Assembly: GCA_019058445.1 (NCBI GenBank)
Contig: JAHPZA010000010.1
Coordinates: 320,001-384,000, forward strand
DNA from: Promethearchaeota archaeon
GTDB taxonomy: Archaea > Asgardarchaeota > Lokiarchaeia > Sigyniarchaeales > SOKP01
DNA: 64,000 nt
Direction of reading: 5' to 3'
Positions within the stretch are counted from its first letter, which is position 1. The number at the start of each line of letters is the position of its first letter. Positions 1 to 10,799 of this stretch are shown here, one piece after another. A program made the position numbers and the translations under genes. The notes under the pieces are model-generated. The model did no database searches and was not told where the DNA came from. It saw nothing but the letters and a program-made list of their open reading frames with translations.

Positions 1-814
1 TATTAGCAATGTTTTTCGAAAAAATTGATATCATTATTAGCGTTATTATATTAGGAATAATTGTTCTAAACACAGCAAGATGATCTCCTGCATAATAAAA
101 AGCTACTGCTTCTGATGAGATCCAAAATTCTATAAGAATGATACCAATATTGTCACTAATAAATGTAACAATAGTTGACAAAGTTAATGGATAAGTAAGA
201 TTTAGATATTTTTTTAAAAAGACTTTTGTTGGTTTTCCTATTTTATATGGTATGCAATATATTAATAATGAAATTGTATTTATTGATGTCCCAATCAAAT
301 AAATGAAAGCTAAGGAGAGTTCATTTCTTTGGAAAACAAATTGCGATAGTATTAAAACTATTATTTTAGAAGTTGTAGACACAATCCAAGGAAAAGAACC
401 TTTTATCATTTCGTTATCTGCAACTAAGATATGCCTTAATGAAGTATTGATACTTTGAATAATTTGCTCAAACATAAAAATTAATACAAGAATAATCACA
501 ATTGGCTCGAGAGTTATGAAACTTAGTAATAAAAAATAAAAAATCAATGAGAAAGAGATGAAAAGACCCTTAAAAAACATCAGAGTACCTATGCTTACTG
601 CTTTATCCTCTGTTTCTGGATATATCTTCAAATGTGCTACATCAAATTTCAAATTAAAAACAAAACTAAAAATCGCAACAAATGATATAGCAAATTGAAC
701 TTTACCAATCGCATATGGGTCATAAAAAAAAACCATAAGATAAAAAAAAATAAATGCTAAGACCGTATCGATTAATTTAAATGCTAAAACAAACAGAATT
801 TTCTGAGATTCCAT
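1..814 (-). CDS. Wzx/MOP-superfamily oligosaccharide flippase, partial (runs off window start)
   Basis: Not in ORF track. ATG at 814 reads MESQKILFVLAFKLIDTVLAFIFFYLMVFFYDPYAIGKVQFAISFVAIFSFVFNLKFDVAHLKIYP; multiple hydrophobic helices with the typical Wzx N-terminal pattern; glycan-locus context. Confidence 0.75.
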   Translation of the reverse strand, partial: MESQKILFVLAFKLIDTVLAFIFFYLMVFFYDPYAIGKVQFAISFVAIFSFVFNLKFDVAHLKIYPETEDKAVSIGTLMFFKGLFISFSLIFYFLLLSFITLEPIVIILVLIFMFEQIIQSINTSLRHILVADNEMIKGSFPWIVSTTSKIIVLILSQFVFQRNELSLAFIYLIGTSINTISLLIYCIPYKIGKPTKVFLKKYLNLTYPLTLSTIVTFISDNIGIILIEFWISSEAVAFYYAGDHLAVFRTIIPNIITLIMISIFSKNIAN

Positions 815-1131
815 AATATAGTAGCATACATTTGTTAATTTGTTTATTATTAAGTAAAAATCATAAAAGAATATTAAATCAATGAATTGTAATATTTTAA
901 ATCGAATAGTTGATAATATTTAAAAAATATTTCAAGATTTTAGATTTTAACGAATTAATTTAAAAAATTAAAAAATAACACCTTTATGTAAAATAATTAG
1001 GCAAAATGAGAAAAATTTCAATGAAAATATAATTAAAAAAACAAAAAGATAATAAAACTTAATTAATTAATCAATTATATTTAAAAGTCAGCTATAGAAT
1101 TTTAAAACTATTAAAACTGATATTAACACGT

Positions 1132-2112
1132 GTGAATATGTTTTACGAAAATAAGAAAGTAATAGTAACTGGAGCAGCTGGTTTTATAGGGAGTAATCTA
1201 ACAGATAAACTATTAGAATTAGGAGCAGGAGTTATAGGAATTGATAATTTATTTAATGGAAGAATAGAAAACTTGGATGATGCCATGAAGAATAAAAATT
1301 TTCAGTTTCACAAAGCGGATGTTAGAGATTTAAATTTTCTTTTAGAGATTTGTGAAGACGTTGATATTATTTTTCATGAAGCTGCATTTGCAAGTGTACC
1401 CCAATCAGTAAAAATGCCAGAAAACTGCAATGATGTTAATGTGAATGGAATTTTAAATGTATTAAATGCTGCTCGACGCATGGATGTTAAAAAAGTAGTC
1501 TTTGCTTCTAGTTCTTCTGTATATGGTGAAACTCCTGGACTAAAAAAAAATGAAGAAATGCGTAGAGTACCAATCTCTCCCTATGGTGCTGCTAAATTAG
1601 CATGTGAAGCATATATGTATGTATATTATCATGTTTATGGTTTAAAGACTACTTCACTAAGATATTTTAATGTATTTGGCCCAAGACAAAGAGATGATTC
1701 CCCCTATACGGGCGTAATAGCAATTTGGTTTAATAGAGCCCGCAATGATCAAAATTTAATAGTATTTGGAGATGGTGAACAGTCAAGAGATTTTACATAT
1801 GTAAAGGATGTGGTACAAGCTAATATATTGGTGGGTGAAAAGGATGCTGCTGGTGAGATTATTAATATTGGTGCTGGAAATCCTATTACTTTAAATAATC
1901 TTGGAAAATTAATTTTAAAACTTACTGGCAAAGAAAATTTAAAACTTGAATATACAGATCCAAGACCAGGAGATATTAAACATAGTTTTGCTGACCTTTC
2001 AAAAGCTAAAAATATGCTTGGTTTTCAACCAAAGTATAAACAGGAAGAAGGCTTGCGGGAATATTTTAAATGGTACGTTAAGATACACAACCTTAATCTG
2101 AAAATTAATTAA
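1132..2112 (+). CDS. NAD-dependent epimerase/dehydratase (extended SDR, UDP-Glc/GlcNAc 4-epimerase-like)
   Basis: GAAGFIG Rossmann motif, ASSSSVYG, YGAAK (YxxxK), RYFNVFGPRQ; start may be ATG 1138. Confidence 0.92.
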   Translation: MNMFYENKKVIVTGAAGFIGSNLTDKLLELGAGVIGIDNLFNGRIENLDDAMKNKNFQFHKADVRDLNFLLEICEDVDIIFHEAAFASVPQSVKMPENCNDVNVNGILNVLNAARRMDVKKVVFASSSSVYGETPGLKKNEEMRRVPISPYGAAKLACEAYMYVYYHVYGLKTTSLRYFNVFGPRQRDDSPYTGVIAIWFNRARNDQNLIVFGDGEQSRDFTYVKDVVQANILVGEKDAAGEIINIGAGNPITLNNLGKLILKLTGKENLKLEYTDPRPGDIKHSFADLSKAKNMLGFQPKYKQEEGLREYFKWYVKIHNLNLKIN

Positions 2113-2206
2113 GTTATTTAAAAAAATTCAGTAGACTGAATTAATCTTTTATATTTATTATGCCAATTTATGAAATTTATATTAATTTTAGGATATTCAA
2201 TAAAAA

Positions 2207-3403
2207 ATGAATATTTTATATATTGTAAATTATTTTCCTCCGAGTACTGGGGCAGCAGCTTTAAACGCTTTGGAAATTTCCAAATATCTAATTAAATTTG
2301 GTCATAACATAAATATATTGGCACCTGGTGATATGGGAAAAACTTTAAATTTAAAAAATTCATTGAATTTACAAAATAGTTACGGTTTAAATATTAGTTA
2401 TTCAAATTCTTATATTAAAACTCCTCTAAGTTGGGTTGTTTCACATTTTGAGAATTTTTTAAGATTTTTAATTCGAAAACAAAATTTTTTCAAACCAGAC
2501 TTAATTCTATCTCAATATCACCCCTTTCATTTTGCGAGTGTTTTTGGGGGATATTTATCTAAATTTTTAAATATTCCACATATAATTAGATCTCATGATA
2601 TTTTTCTTGATTTAGATTCACATTCTCGCTTATTTAATTCATATATTAAGCTAAATTATCCTCTTGTATATCGTTCCATCCAAAACTGTCATACTTTTTA
2701 CGTGACGGCATCAGAAATGATCGATTATTTCCATAATTTTAAAAATTTACATAACGTTAATTTCAAAATCCATCATAATGGGATAGATACTGATCTTTTT
2801 TTTCCTTTTAAAAACCAAGAAAAATTAAAAGATTTGTACGGATGCGAAATAATAATCTCGTTCATAGGATTAATGGCTCCTGATATAGGAATCCATAATT
2901 TAATCAACATATTTCCTGAAATTCTTAAAAAAACTAAAAAAGAAGTTCATATTGTGCTAATTGGAGAAGGAAGATCTAAAAATTATATCCTTAATCTAAT
3001 AAATAAATGGAATCTACATAAGTACATACATTTTTTAGGTATTATGCCTCATAATCAAATACCTTATTTTATCAATAATAGCGATCTTGGAATAGGAAGA
3101 ATAACTCATAAAAAAATGTGGAGATATATGGTTCCAATTAAATGTTTGGAATACATGGCTTGTCAAAAACCATTTATTTCCACCCCGATATCAATGGATG
3201 TTCTTAAAGATAATGATGTAGGATTATTATTACAAAAAGATTTTACTAATAAAGATCTTATCGATAAAATGTTGATGTTAATCGAAGATAAAAAACTCAG
3301 AAACAAACTTGGAGAACAAGGATTAAAAAAAGTCCATCAAGAATTTCGCTGGGAACTAATAATGAAAAATTTTAATCAAGATTTAAGAAATATTAAAAAA
3401 TAA
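2207..3403 (+). CDS. GT4 glycosyltransferase
   Basis: MNILYIVNYFPP, HNGID, PIKCLEYMACQKPFI. Confidence 0.9.
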   Translation: MNILYIVNYFPPSTGAAALNALEISKYLIKFGHNINILAPGDMGKTLNLKNSLNLQNSYGLNISYSNSYIKTPLSWVVSHFENFLRFLIRKQNFFKPDLILSQYHPFHFASVFGGYLSKFLNIPHIIRSHDIFLDLDSHSRLFNSYIKLNYPLVYRSIQNCHTFYVTASEMIDYFHNFKNLHNVNFKIHHNGIDTDLFFPFKNQEKLKDLYGCEIIISFIGLMAPDIGIHNLINIFPEILKKTKKEVHIVLIGEGRSKNYILNLINKWNLHKYIHFLGIMPHNQIPYFINNSDLGIGRITHKKMWRYMVPIKCLEYMACQKPFISTPISMDVLKDNDVGLLLQKDFTNKDLIDKMLMLIEDKKLRNKLGEQGLKKVHQEFRWELIMKNFNQDLRNIKK

Positions 3404-3581
3404 ACTAGTTTACCTTAAAATTGATTAAAAAGAATATTAGGATTTTTCTTAGCTTTATAATATTGAAAACCTTTACGAGATTCTTTTTAATTCAAAGAAG
3501 ATTGTTATTATAATCATGACACATTTTAAATTCTTATTAAAGAATTTCTGTACTCAATAGATAATTAGAAAAAAAGTTGGA

Positions 3582-4508
3582 TCACAAAAATTTCTTAGGC
3601 ATAATATCTTCACTATATATATTATCTAAAGAGAATTTTTCTACTATTTCTAATATCTGATTAATTTCGTCAGTCGATAATATATCTCTCCATGCTTTAA
3701 TCGGATTAGTCTTTTTTAATAAAGTACTATCTTTTTTTACCGTAAAGGAAAGGGTATTTTTAATCAGATTTTGGTTAAAATCAATATCAAACTTTAACTC
3801 TCTAAATATTTTTTTTAGTTCCATTTCTGGATTTAAATATAAATTCTCATAAGTGGTTATACACCAATCATTGTGTTCCATTGTATTTAAAGCTACTAAA
3901 TTTTCTGCTGCCCAAATACACGCATTTCTTTCTATTTGAGTTTTAGCTTGAGAAATAATATGATTTAATGAAGAGAGATGATCTTTCATTAGATTTTCTT
4001 GTTTTAATATAATATCAATGTCAGTTGTAGCCCAATTCAATCTTGTTCTGGATTCAACTACTGCACAAGGATGCCTCAAAATATATATAATCGGTATTTT
4101 GGGAAAATTATTTTTTAACCACTTTAAGAAAAAGCTAGCTCTTATTGTTTTAATAATACGACCTTGAGGTCTAAAATATTTATTGTCTTGATCCACCCAT
4201 AGACTTCTTATCTCTCCTTTAAGAATTTTGTTAAATAATTGGGAATAAGTAGAATTTATGCTATCTGGAGGGATATATTGTTTATTCAACAAGTTTTTAC
4301 AAATTTTAACTTTCCTAGGATTAAAAGGTTCAAAAATTATTCGATATTTGAAAATTTGAGTTAATAACTCTGCTAACCAAGTCGTCCCACTTCTACCAGT
4401 TCCTGAAACTAAAATAGTATTATTAAGAGAATGATTTTTCTCAAAGAAAAATATGTTGAATATTCTATTTTTATTTACTATTTTTGAAAATTTAGTTCCT
4501 TTTAACAT
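3582..4508 (-). CDS. PAPS-dependent sulfotransferase
   Basis: GTGRSGTTWL 5'-PSB loop, IFEP, LRHPCAVVES 3'-PB motif, YENL. Confidence 0.88.
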   Translation of the reverse strand: MLKGTKFSKIVNKNRIFNIFFFEKNHSLNNTILVSGTGRSGTTWLAELLTQIFKYRIIFEPFNPRKVKICKNLLNKQYIPPDSINSTYSQLFNKILKGEIRSLWVDQDNKYFRPQGRIIKTIRASFFLKWLKNNFPKIPIIYILRHPCAVVESRTRLNWATTDIDIILKQENLMKDHLSSLNHIISQAKTQIERNACIWAAENLVALNTMEHNDWCITTYENLYLNPEMELKKIFRELKFDIDFNQNLIKNTLSFTVKKDSTLLKKTNPIKAWRDILSTDEINQILEIVEKFSLDNIYSEDIMPKKFL

Positions 4509-4841
4509 CAGTAATATAAAATTTTTAATTAAAAATCTTAATATAGAAGGTATTGATTATTAGAATGGTTTTGTTTGTATTATTTTTTTTTAAAAATTGA
4601 ATTTATATTAAATTTAAAGAAAGTGCTTAAATTTATCCATCTATATTCAACATTATTCAGGATTTAATGTAAAGGTTGAGAATTATGCAAACTCTCTGAA
4701 ATCTGAAATAATTAAGAATTAGAGATTAAATACAGAAGAAGATATCTATTTTTGTACTAAACCAAAAGAATTTTCAATTTAGGATTTACATTTTATAGCT
4801 TTATATTGTTTTATAATAGCACAAATTTTTAATTTTTAATA

Positions 4842-6887
4842 TTACTGGATAAAACCATAGAAATCTTCAGTTTTGCCATTTATGATATTAAGCATATTTT
4901 GAATTCTGTCGATATAATTATGCTTTTCTCGTGCTAATTTCTCTGCGTTATTTCTTATTTTTTCCCTTAAATCATGATTAGGGATATATTTCTTTAAGAG
5001 ATTAAGGAGTTCTTCATGGCTATTAAACCATAATAGATGTTGCTCATTTTTAGCTAATTTTTCTAATCCCTCAAAATAATTTGTGATGAAACAACAACCA
5101 GATCCAAGAGCAATATACGGTCGATTTGAAGCATATAATTCTAAATCTTTTAATGCTGGTGTGCCACCAAAAATGATCTTACATTTAGAATAATATTCTG
5201 GAAGATTATTATAAATCCTTTTGAAAATCTTCACCTTAAAATGTTTACTTATCATTTGGAGTGCCTGTCTTCTCTCTTGATAATAAGGATAATCCTTTGT
5301 ATTAACCAATTGTCCAGCAAAGCCAACATCATACACTTCTTTTATAAATCTATTTCGATGAATGATCTCTGGCATTATAGCAACAGGCATATAATAGACT
5401 TTGTCTAAATTAAATTTTTTTTTATATAGAGGAACTTCTCCCTTACTTGTTATAAACATATAATCAATTAAATCCTTGAAATCATAGGATTCGAAAGTTG
5501 TAATATCCCACATCCAGTAGATAATCTTTATAGAAGATGATCTAAAATAATCTGCATTTTTTATTAAAAAATCATAAACTACTTTTCCCCCAATCCATAA
5601 AATATCTGGTTTAAATATCTTTATATACTTTAGAATATAATTAAATGAGTTATCCTTGATATCTAAAATCTGAGTGTTATAACCAAGTTTTTTAAAAGCC
5701 CGTGCTTGACTATCCCATCTCGCGTTAGCGAGAGATACATATCTAAGTGAATAAACTCCCAATAATAATACCCTTATATTATTTTTATTTACTGGAAAGC
5801 TAATTTGATTTTGAATTAAAACCTGAATCATTTTAAAAGATGAGCTTAAATTAATCCACTCAAAATTAAGATTATTATCATCTAATATTTTTACTATTAT
5901 TCCCTTTTCAAAAAGTTGAGCTACATCTTTAGTAAGATAGTTTTTACTTTCAGGAATAATAAGCAATATTTGTGAATCTTTTTTTACTATTTGTTTTAAG
6001 ATATTAAATAACTTTTGATTATCTGAATAATTTCTGAATTCTAGGAAATTAGCAATAATAGCCATATCAAATGAATTTTCGGAAATATTAGAAAGAGATT
6101 CAATAGAGTTGAAGTTTTGAACAGCTCTAATATAGGGATTTAACTGTTTTATAGCTTGTGCTAAAATTTCTATATGATGACCGATTATACATAAATTTCT
6201 GATATCAAAAAAGAGATTTTCATTTTGCTTTAAAATATTTAAAATATCATTTATTTTTTCTTGTGAAGTCTTGTCTGATAATGGTTTTATAATTTTAGAT
6301 TTTACAGCTGTTATGGTTATAGTTCCATTAATCTTTAAATCAGAATAATTTATATCTTTAATAAAGAATTGATTTTTACTTAATGAGATCTTTATTTTTT
6401 CTAATTTATCATTATTATTCCCAAATTTTATCTGAATCTTAAGGATACCACCGGGAATTAATTTCTTTTTCCAAGCTTTTAATATTTTATCGTATTTTTT
6501 ATTGGGAATGTATTTTAAAAAATGCTTAATATGAATCATTTGACATGATTCATTTTTTAAGGGTAAATTTTTTAAATTGGAACAGCAGAATGGATTGTTA
6601 GAGATATATGGATCTATTTTAATAAATAGTGTAAATTTAGACTTTCTAATAAACCCAATATGAATAGTCCAAAATTGATCCATTAATTTAAGAGAACTAC
6701 TTTTGTTTAAAAAGTAAAAAATTTGAAAATTAAGTTTAAATCTAAAGTAAATTCGCATAAGTGAAGAAAAAAATGAATTAGATATCTTGTATGTATGATT
6801 TCTCTTTAAAGCTTTGCTCCTTGCTTTTTTTATTGATCTGAATAAGAGTGATTTTCGTAATTTTTCAAATTTCACTTTAGATAACAT
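4842..6887 (-). CDS. Multidomain protein: degenerate methyltransferase-like region(s) plus C-terminal CgeB-like (Glyco_trans_1_2) glycosyltransferase
   Basis: LPLKNESCQMIHIKHFLKYI...LIPGGILKI (MTase-like C-half); C-terminal YDVGFAGQ, SNRPYIALGSGCCFIT, HNYIDRI. Confidence 0.7.
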   Translation of the reverse strand: MLSKVKFEKLRKSLLFRSIKKARSKALKRNHTYKISNSFFSSLMRIYFRFKLNFQIFYFLNKSSSLKLMDQFWTIHIGFIRKSKFTLFIKIDPYISNNPFCCSNLKNLPLKNESCQMIHIKHFLKYIPNKKYDKILKAWKKKLIPGGILKIQIKFGNNNDKLEKIKISLSKNQFFIKDINYSDLKINGTITITAVKSKIIKPLSDKTSQEKINDILNILKQNENLFFDIRNLCIIGHHIEILAQAIKQLNPYIRAVQNFNSIESLSNISENSFDMAIIANFLEFRNYSDNQKLFNILKQIVKKDSQILLIIPESKNYLTKDVAQLFEKGIIVKILDDNNLNFEWINLSSSFKMIQVLIQNQISFPVNKNNIRVLLLGVYSLRYVSLANARWDSQARAFKKLGYNTQILDIKDNSFNYILKYIKIFKPDILWIGGKVVYDFLIKNADYFRSSSIKIIYWMWDITTFESYDFKDLIDYMFITSKGEVPLYKKKFNLDKVYYMPVAIMPEIIHRNRFIKEVYDVGFAGQLVNTKDYPYYQERRQALQMISKHFKVKIFKRIYNNLPEYYSKCKIIFGGTPALKDLELYASNRPYIALGSGCCFITNYFEGLEKLAKNEQHLLWFNSHEELLNLLKKYIPNHDLREKIRNNAEKLAREKHNYIDRIQNMLNIINGKTEDFYGFIQ

Positions 6888-7182
6888 ATATATCTTAATA
6901 TATCTTAATTTTTCAAATTGAATGAATTTAAAATTATTGATTGTATTGGTTAAAATAGAGTTATTAATTTAATAATTTGTAAAATACTTAATTTACTAGT
7001 ATACTTATAAAAAAGAAATTTTAAGTTTAAAATAAATTTAATTACAGCAAGAAAACACATAAATTTCAAAAACATCCAATGCAAATTATATCATAAAAAC
7101 CTTAAGTTATTAAATACTAGATAAAAAATAAATGAATGAATATAATATTTTATCATAACCAATATAGGATCTATTAAAATTT

Positions 7183-9630
7183 ATGCTTAAGTTAACTTTA
7201 ACCTTTAACCGATTGTTGGACTTCATTTCAGACAAAATTGGAATGAATATTCGACATTTGTTTTCCTTTGGTTTGTCTAAATTATACTCAAATAAGGTAG
7301 ACGAAAACCTACTAGTTTTTGGGAGTACAAATGGAAATGCTTTTTCAGGAAATAGCAGAGATTTATTTCTTTACTTAACGAAAAATACTAATTATAAATG
7401 TGTATGGTTTACATCTTCAGAAAAGATTTTTAAAGATTTAAAAGAGAAAAATTATCATGTCGTCTCAAATAAAAAACTCTTTAAACCTGTAAAAATTCTT
7501 AAATCAGCTAAATATATTTTTATTACACATGGTTTTGGTGATATTTTACTTATCGACTTCTCTCCTAAAACAGAATTAATTCATCTGGATCATGGTAGCG
7601 CATTAAAATTAATTGGAAGAGGGCTTAAAGGTTCCTATTTGAATTTTTTCCAGAAAAAAGTAAATCAATATTTAAATAAATGTATTAGTTATTTAACAGT
7701 GACTTCAGAAGAAACCAAACGTACTAAAAGATTCAGCTATAATTTACCTCCCGAAAAAGTTATTATCACAGGCTATCCCAGAAATGAAATCCTTGTTAAC
7801 TATACTAATGAAATTAAAAATCAAATAAGACATAATTTAAATATAAAAAATAATCATGAAATAATTTTATATGCTCCTACTTTTCGAGAGTATAAACAAG
7901 AAAATCCTTTGAATAAGAGATTTCTAGAAGATTTAGACAATTATTTAATCAAAGAAAACAAAATATTACTATATAAGCCTCATCCTTTTGAAGAAAAAAT
8001 AGATTTGAGTAAATTTCAAAAGATAAAATCCATAGATCCAAATGTAGATATAAGTGATTTATTGGTGATTTCCGAGGTTTTAATTACTGATTATTCCGGA
8101 GTGTTTTATGATTATTTACTTACAATGAGACCAATAATCTTTTTTCCATATGATTTAGATAGATATACTGAAGGGCGAGATTTTTTCTATAATTATGAAA
8201 ATTTTGTCCCGGGGCCAATTGTAGAAAATGGAGAGGATTTAATCGAGAAATTAAAAACCATCCCAGTATGGAATCAAGATTTCTTGGAAGTAAGAAGAAG
8301 AGCACGGGATAAATTTAATAAATACAATGATGCTAATGCTACAAGGAGAATTGTCGATTTCTTCGATTTAAAATATAAAGAAATAGTAACTCCTCCAATA
8401 ACACATCCAAAGATTATATTAGAAAAACCAATAGGAATAATTAATAAAACATTCAATAGAGTTTTAGAATACATTTCAACAAAAATGGGAATGAACCTAA
8501 AACACATATTTTCCTATCTATTATCGAAATTGTATAGTGATAGTACCAATGAGAATTTACTAGTCTTCGGTAGTACGAATGGACAGGCATTTGCCGGTAA
8601 TAGTAAAGTACTCTTTGAATATCTTACCAAAAACTCATCATATCATTGTGTTTGGATAACTGCCTCAGAAAAAGTGTTTAATGATCTTAAGAAAAAAAAT
8701 TATCAAGTTGTTTTAAATAAAAATTTGATTCAAACAATCAAAATATTAAAAGCAGCAAAATTTATTTTCATCACTCATGGTTTTGGGGATATTTTCTTTA
8801 TTGATTTTTCATCAAATACGAAATTAATTCATTTAGGTCATGGTATTTCATTTAAAAAGGGTGGTCATGACTTAACAGACACTTTTATGCCTTTTACCGA
8901 AAAAATGATGAATCAAAGATTAGTTGAAAGCATGAACTTACTTATCGATTCTTCAGATGAAACAAAGAGACATAAAATGACAAGATTTGGTATAGAATCA
9001 AATAAAGTCGCTGTGACAGGATATCCTAGAAATGATATTTTAGCAAATCATACTCGAGAATTAGAATATCAAATTAAGGCGAGCTTAAATATAGAGAATT
9101 ATTCGGAAGTCATCCTTTACGCACCAACATTTAGAGATTATGAGTATCAATTTCCATTGAGAGAGGACTTTCTGAAAAAATTAGATAAATTTTTGATCGA
9201 AGAAAATAAAATATTAATTTATAAACCACATCCATTTACAGAAGATATTAACCTAAGACAATATAGAAATATAAGATCTGTCAAAAGAAATGTAGATATC
9301 AATGATTTATTAATTATTGCGGATATTTTGATAACTGATTATTCGAGTGTATTTTATGATTATTTATTGACTCTACGCCCGATAATATTTTTTGCTGATG
9401 ATTTAGAAAGATATACAGAAGTCAGAGATTTTTATTATGACTATAAAACTTTTGTGCCTGGTCCGTTAGTTTCAACGGGAGGTGAATTAATTCAAAAACT
9501 AAAAAAATTAAAAGAATGGAATTTGGAATATGTTGAAAAGAGAAAATTAATGCGCGATAAATTTAACAAATATGCTGATGGGAGGGCAACTGAAAGAATA
9601 ATTGAACTTCTTAATTTGAGTGTATACTAA
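7183..9630 (+). CDS. Tandem double-domain TagF/TagB-like CDP-glycerol glycerophosphotransferase-family protein
   Basis: Two full copies of FITHG..HG, GYPRN, LYAPTFR, KPHP, ITDYS, VPGP, joined by linker EIVTPPITHPKIILEKP. Confidence 0.9.
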   Translation: MLKLTLTFNRLLDFISDKIGMNIRHLFSFGLSKLYSNKVDENLLVFGSTNGNAFSGNSRDLFLYLTKNTNYKCVWFTSSEKIFKDLKEKNYHVVSNKKLFKPVKILKSAKYIFITHGFGDILLIDFSPKTELIHLDHGSALKLIGRGLKGSYLNFFQKKVNQYLNKCISYLTVTSEETKRTKRFSYNLPPEKVIITGYPRNEILVNYTNEIKNQIRHNLNIKNNHEIILYAPTFREYKQENPLNKRFLEDLDNYLIKENKILLYKPHPFEEKIDLSKFQKIKSIDPNVDISDLLVISEVLITDYSGVFYDYLLTMRPIIFFPYDLDRYTEGRDFFYNYENFVPGPIVENGEDLIEKLKTIPVWNQDFLEVRRRARDKFNKYNDANATRRIVDFFDLKYKEIVTPPITHPKIILEKPIGIINKTFNRVLEYISTKMGMNLKHIFSYLLSKLYSDSTNENLLVFGSTNGQAFAGNSKVLFEYLTKNSSYHCVWITASEKVFNDLKKKNYQVVLNKNLIQTIKILKAAKFIFITHGFGDIFFIDFSSNTKLIHLGHGISFKKGGHDLTDTFMPFTEKMMNQRLVESMNLLIDSSDETKRHKMTRFGIESNKVAVTGYPRNDILANHTRELEYQIKASLNIENYSEVILYAPTFRDYEYQFPLREDFLKKLDKFLIEENKILIYKPHPFTEDINLRQYRNIRSVKRNVDINDLLIIADILITDYSSVFYDYLLTLRPIIFFADDLERYTEVRDFYYDYKTFVPGPLVSTGGELIQKLKKLKEWNLEYVEKRKLMRDKFNKYADGRATERIIELLNLSVY

Positions 9631-10769
9631 ATTTTTCGTTTTATTTTCTTTTCAAATAAATAAATGAAAATCTTTTTCCATTTTATAATGGATTTTTCAA
9701 TATTCATTTCATTGTACACGTAGTTATAAGCATTCTTACTACAACTATTCCATAATTCTCGGTTATTAAGAAGTTGAGCTAAGTTCTTTTTTAATTCCTC
9801 AAAATCATTATGGCAGTAAAGCCCCACTTGATTCTTAGTAATAAAATTATCTGGATTTATATTTAAGCTTAAAAGTGGTGTCGAAGAATTCATAGCTTGG
9901 TTAAAAGAATTTGGAAATCCTTCTGCCAATGAAGTGTTTACAAAAACTTTAGCATCTTTATAATACTCTCCAACATCAGAAAAAGGGACACCAGGAATAA
10001 ATTTGAGATTATTGACCTTCTTCGCTTCCTTTTTTATCTTCTCAAAAAAGCGCTTATTTTTAGCTAAGGGCATTATCATCATAAATTTTTCATCAGGAAA
10101 TTCCCTTGCCAATTTAATAAAAATTTCTGGTCGTTTCCATACCTCACTTCTTGCAACCCATAGAATAGAATCTCTTTTGTTGTTATTTATTTTCTGTAAA
10201 AAGTATGAATTCCGAATGACTGTCGAGGGATAATTAAAAGTTTTTTTTAACATATCCCGGTCTTCTTCATTTTGTACTACAATATGGTCAACGTTTATAT
10301 ACCCTAATAAAAATAGCAAATATCTACTACTCAATCTTTTTATTATATGTTCTAAAATTATTTTTTTATTTACTTGATGCTGATGTTCAGTTCGGTGTAT
10401 ATGTATTTTTCCAGTTAATTTACAATAGAGATTTGTAAATCCAACGTATTTTGATAGATTAGCGGTAAAATAAATATCAGCATTAATCTGTACTAATCTA
10501 CGATAAAATTTTATAAAAGCATTAAAATAATTAACAAAAGATTTCTCTTGCGAATGTCCTTTAACTACTTTTATGTTATTATAAATTTCCAAGTCATCTT
10601 GACCGAAATCTGCAACTAAAAAATACACATCAAACTTTCTATCTTTGGATAATTCTATAGCAATATTACATAGATCTACTTCCGCGCCTCCTATTTTCGC
10701 GGAAGAATTTGGATTAAAAACCGCGTAGGCAAATGCTTGTACAAAACATATTTTTATTTTTCTTATCAT
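9627..10769 (-). CDS. GT4 glycosyltransferase
   Basis: IGGAEV, KRPEIF, NTSLAEGFPNSFNQAM. Confidence 0.9.
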   Translation of the reverse strand: MIRKIKICFVQAFAYAVFNPNSSAKIGGAEVDLCNIAIELSKDRKFDVYFLVADFGQDDLEIYNNIKVVKGHSQEKSFVNYFNAFIKFYRRLVQINADIYFTANLSKYVGFTNLYCKLTGKIHIHRTEHQHQVNKKIILEHIIKRLSSRYLLFLLGYINVDHIVVQNEEDRDMLKKTFNYPSTVIRNSYFLQKINNNKRDSILWVARSEVWKRPEIFIKLAREFPDEKFMMIMPLAKNKRFFEKIKKEAKKVNNLKFIPGVPFSDVGEYYKDAKVFVNTSLAEGFPNSFNQAMNSSTPLLSLNINPDNFITKNQVGLYCHNDFEELKKNLAQLLNNRELWNSCSKNAYNYVYNEMNIEKSIIKWKKIFIYLFEKKIKRKI

Positions 10770-10799
10770 GGTCTTACGATATAAGTATTTATAATTTAA

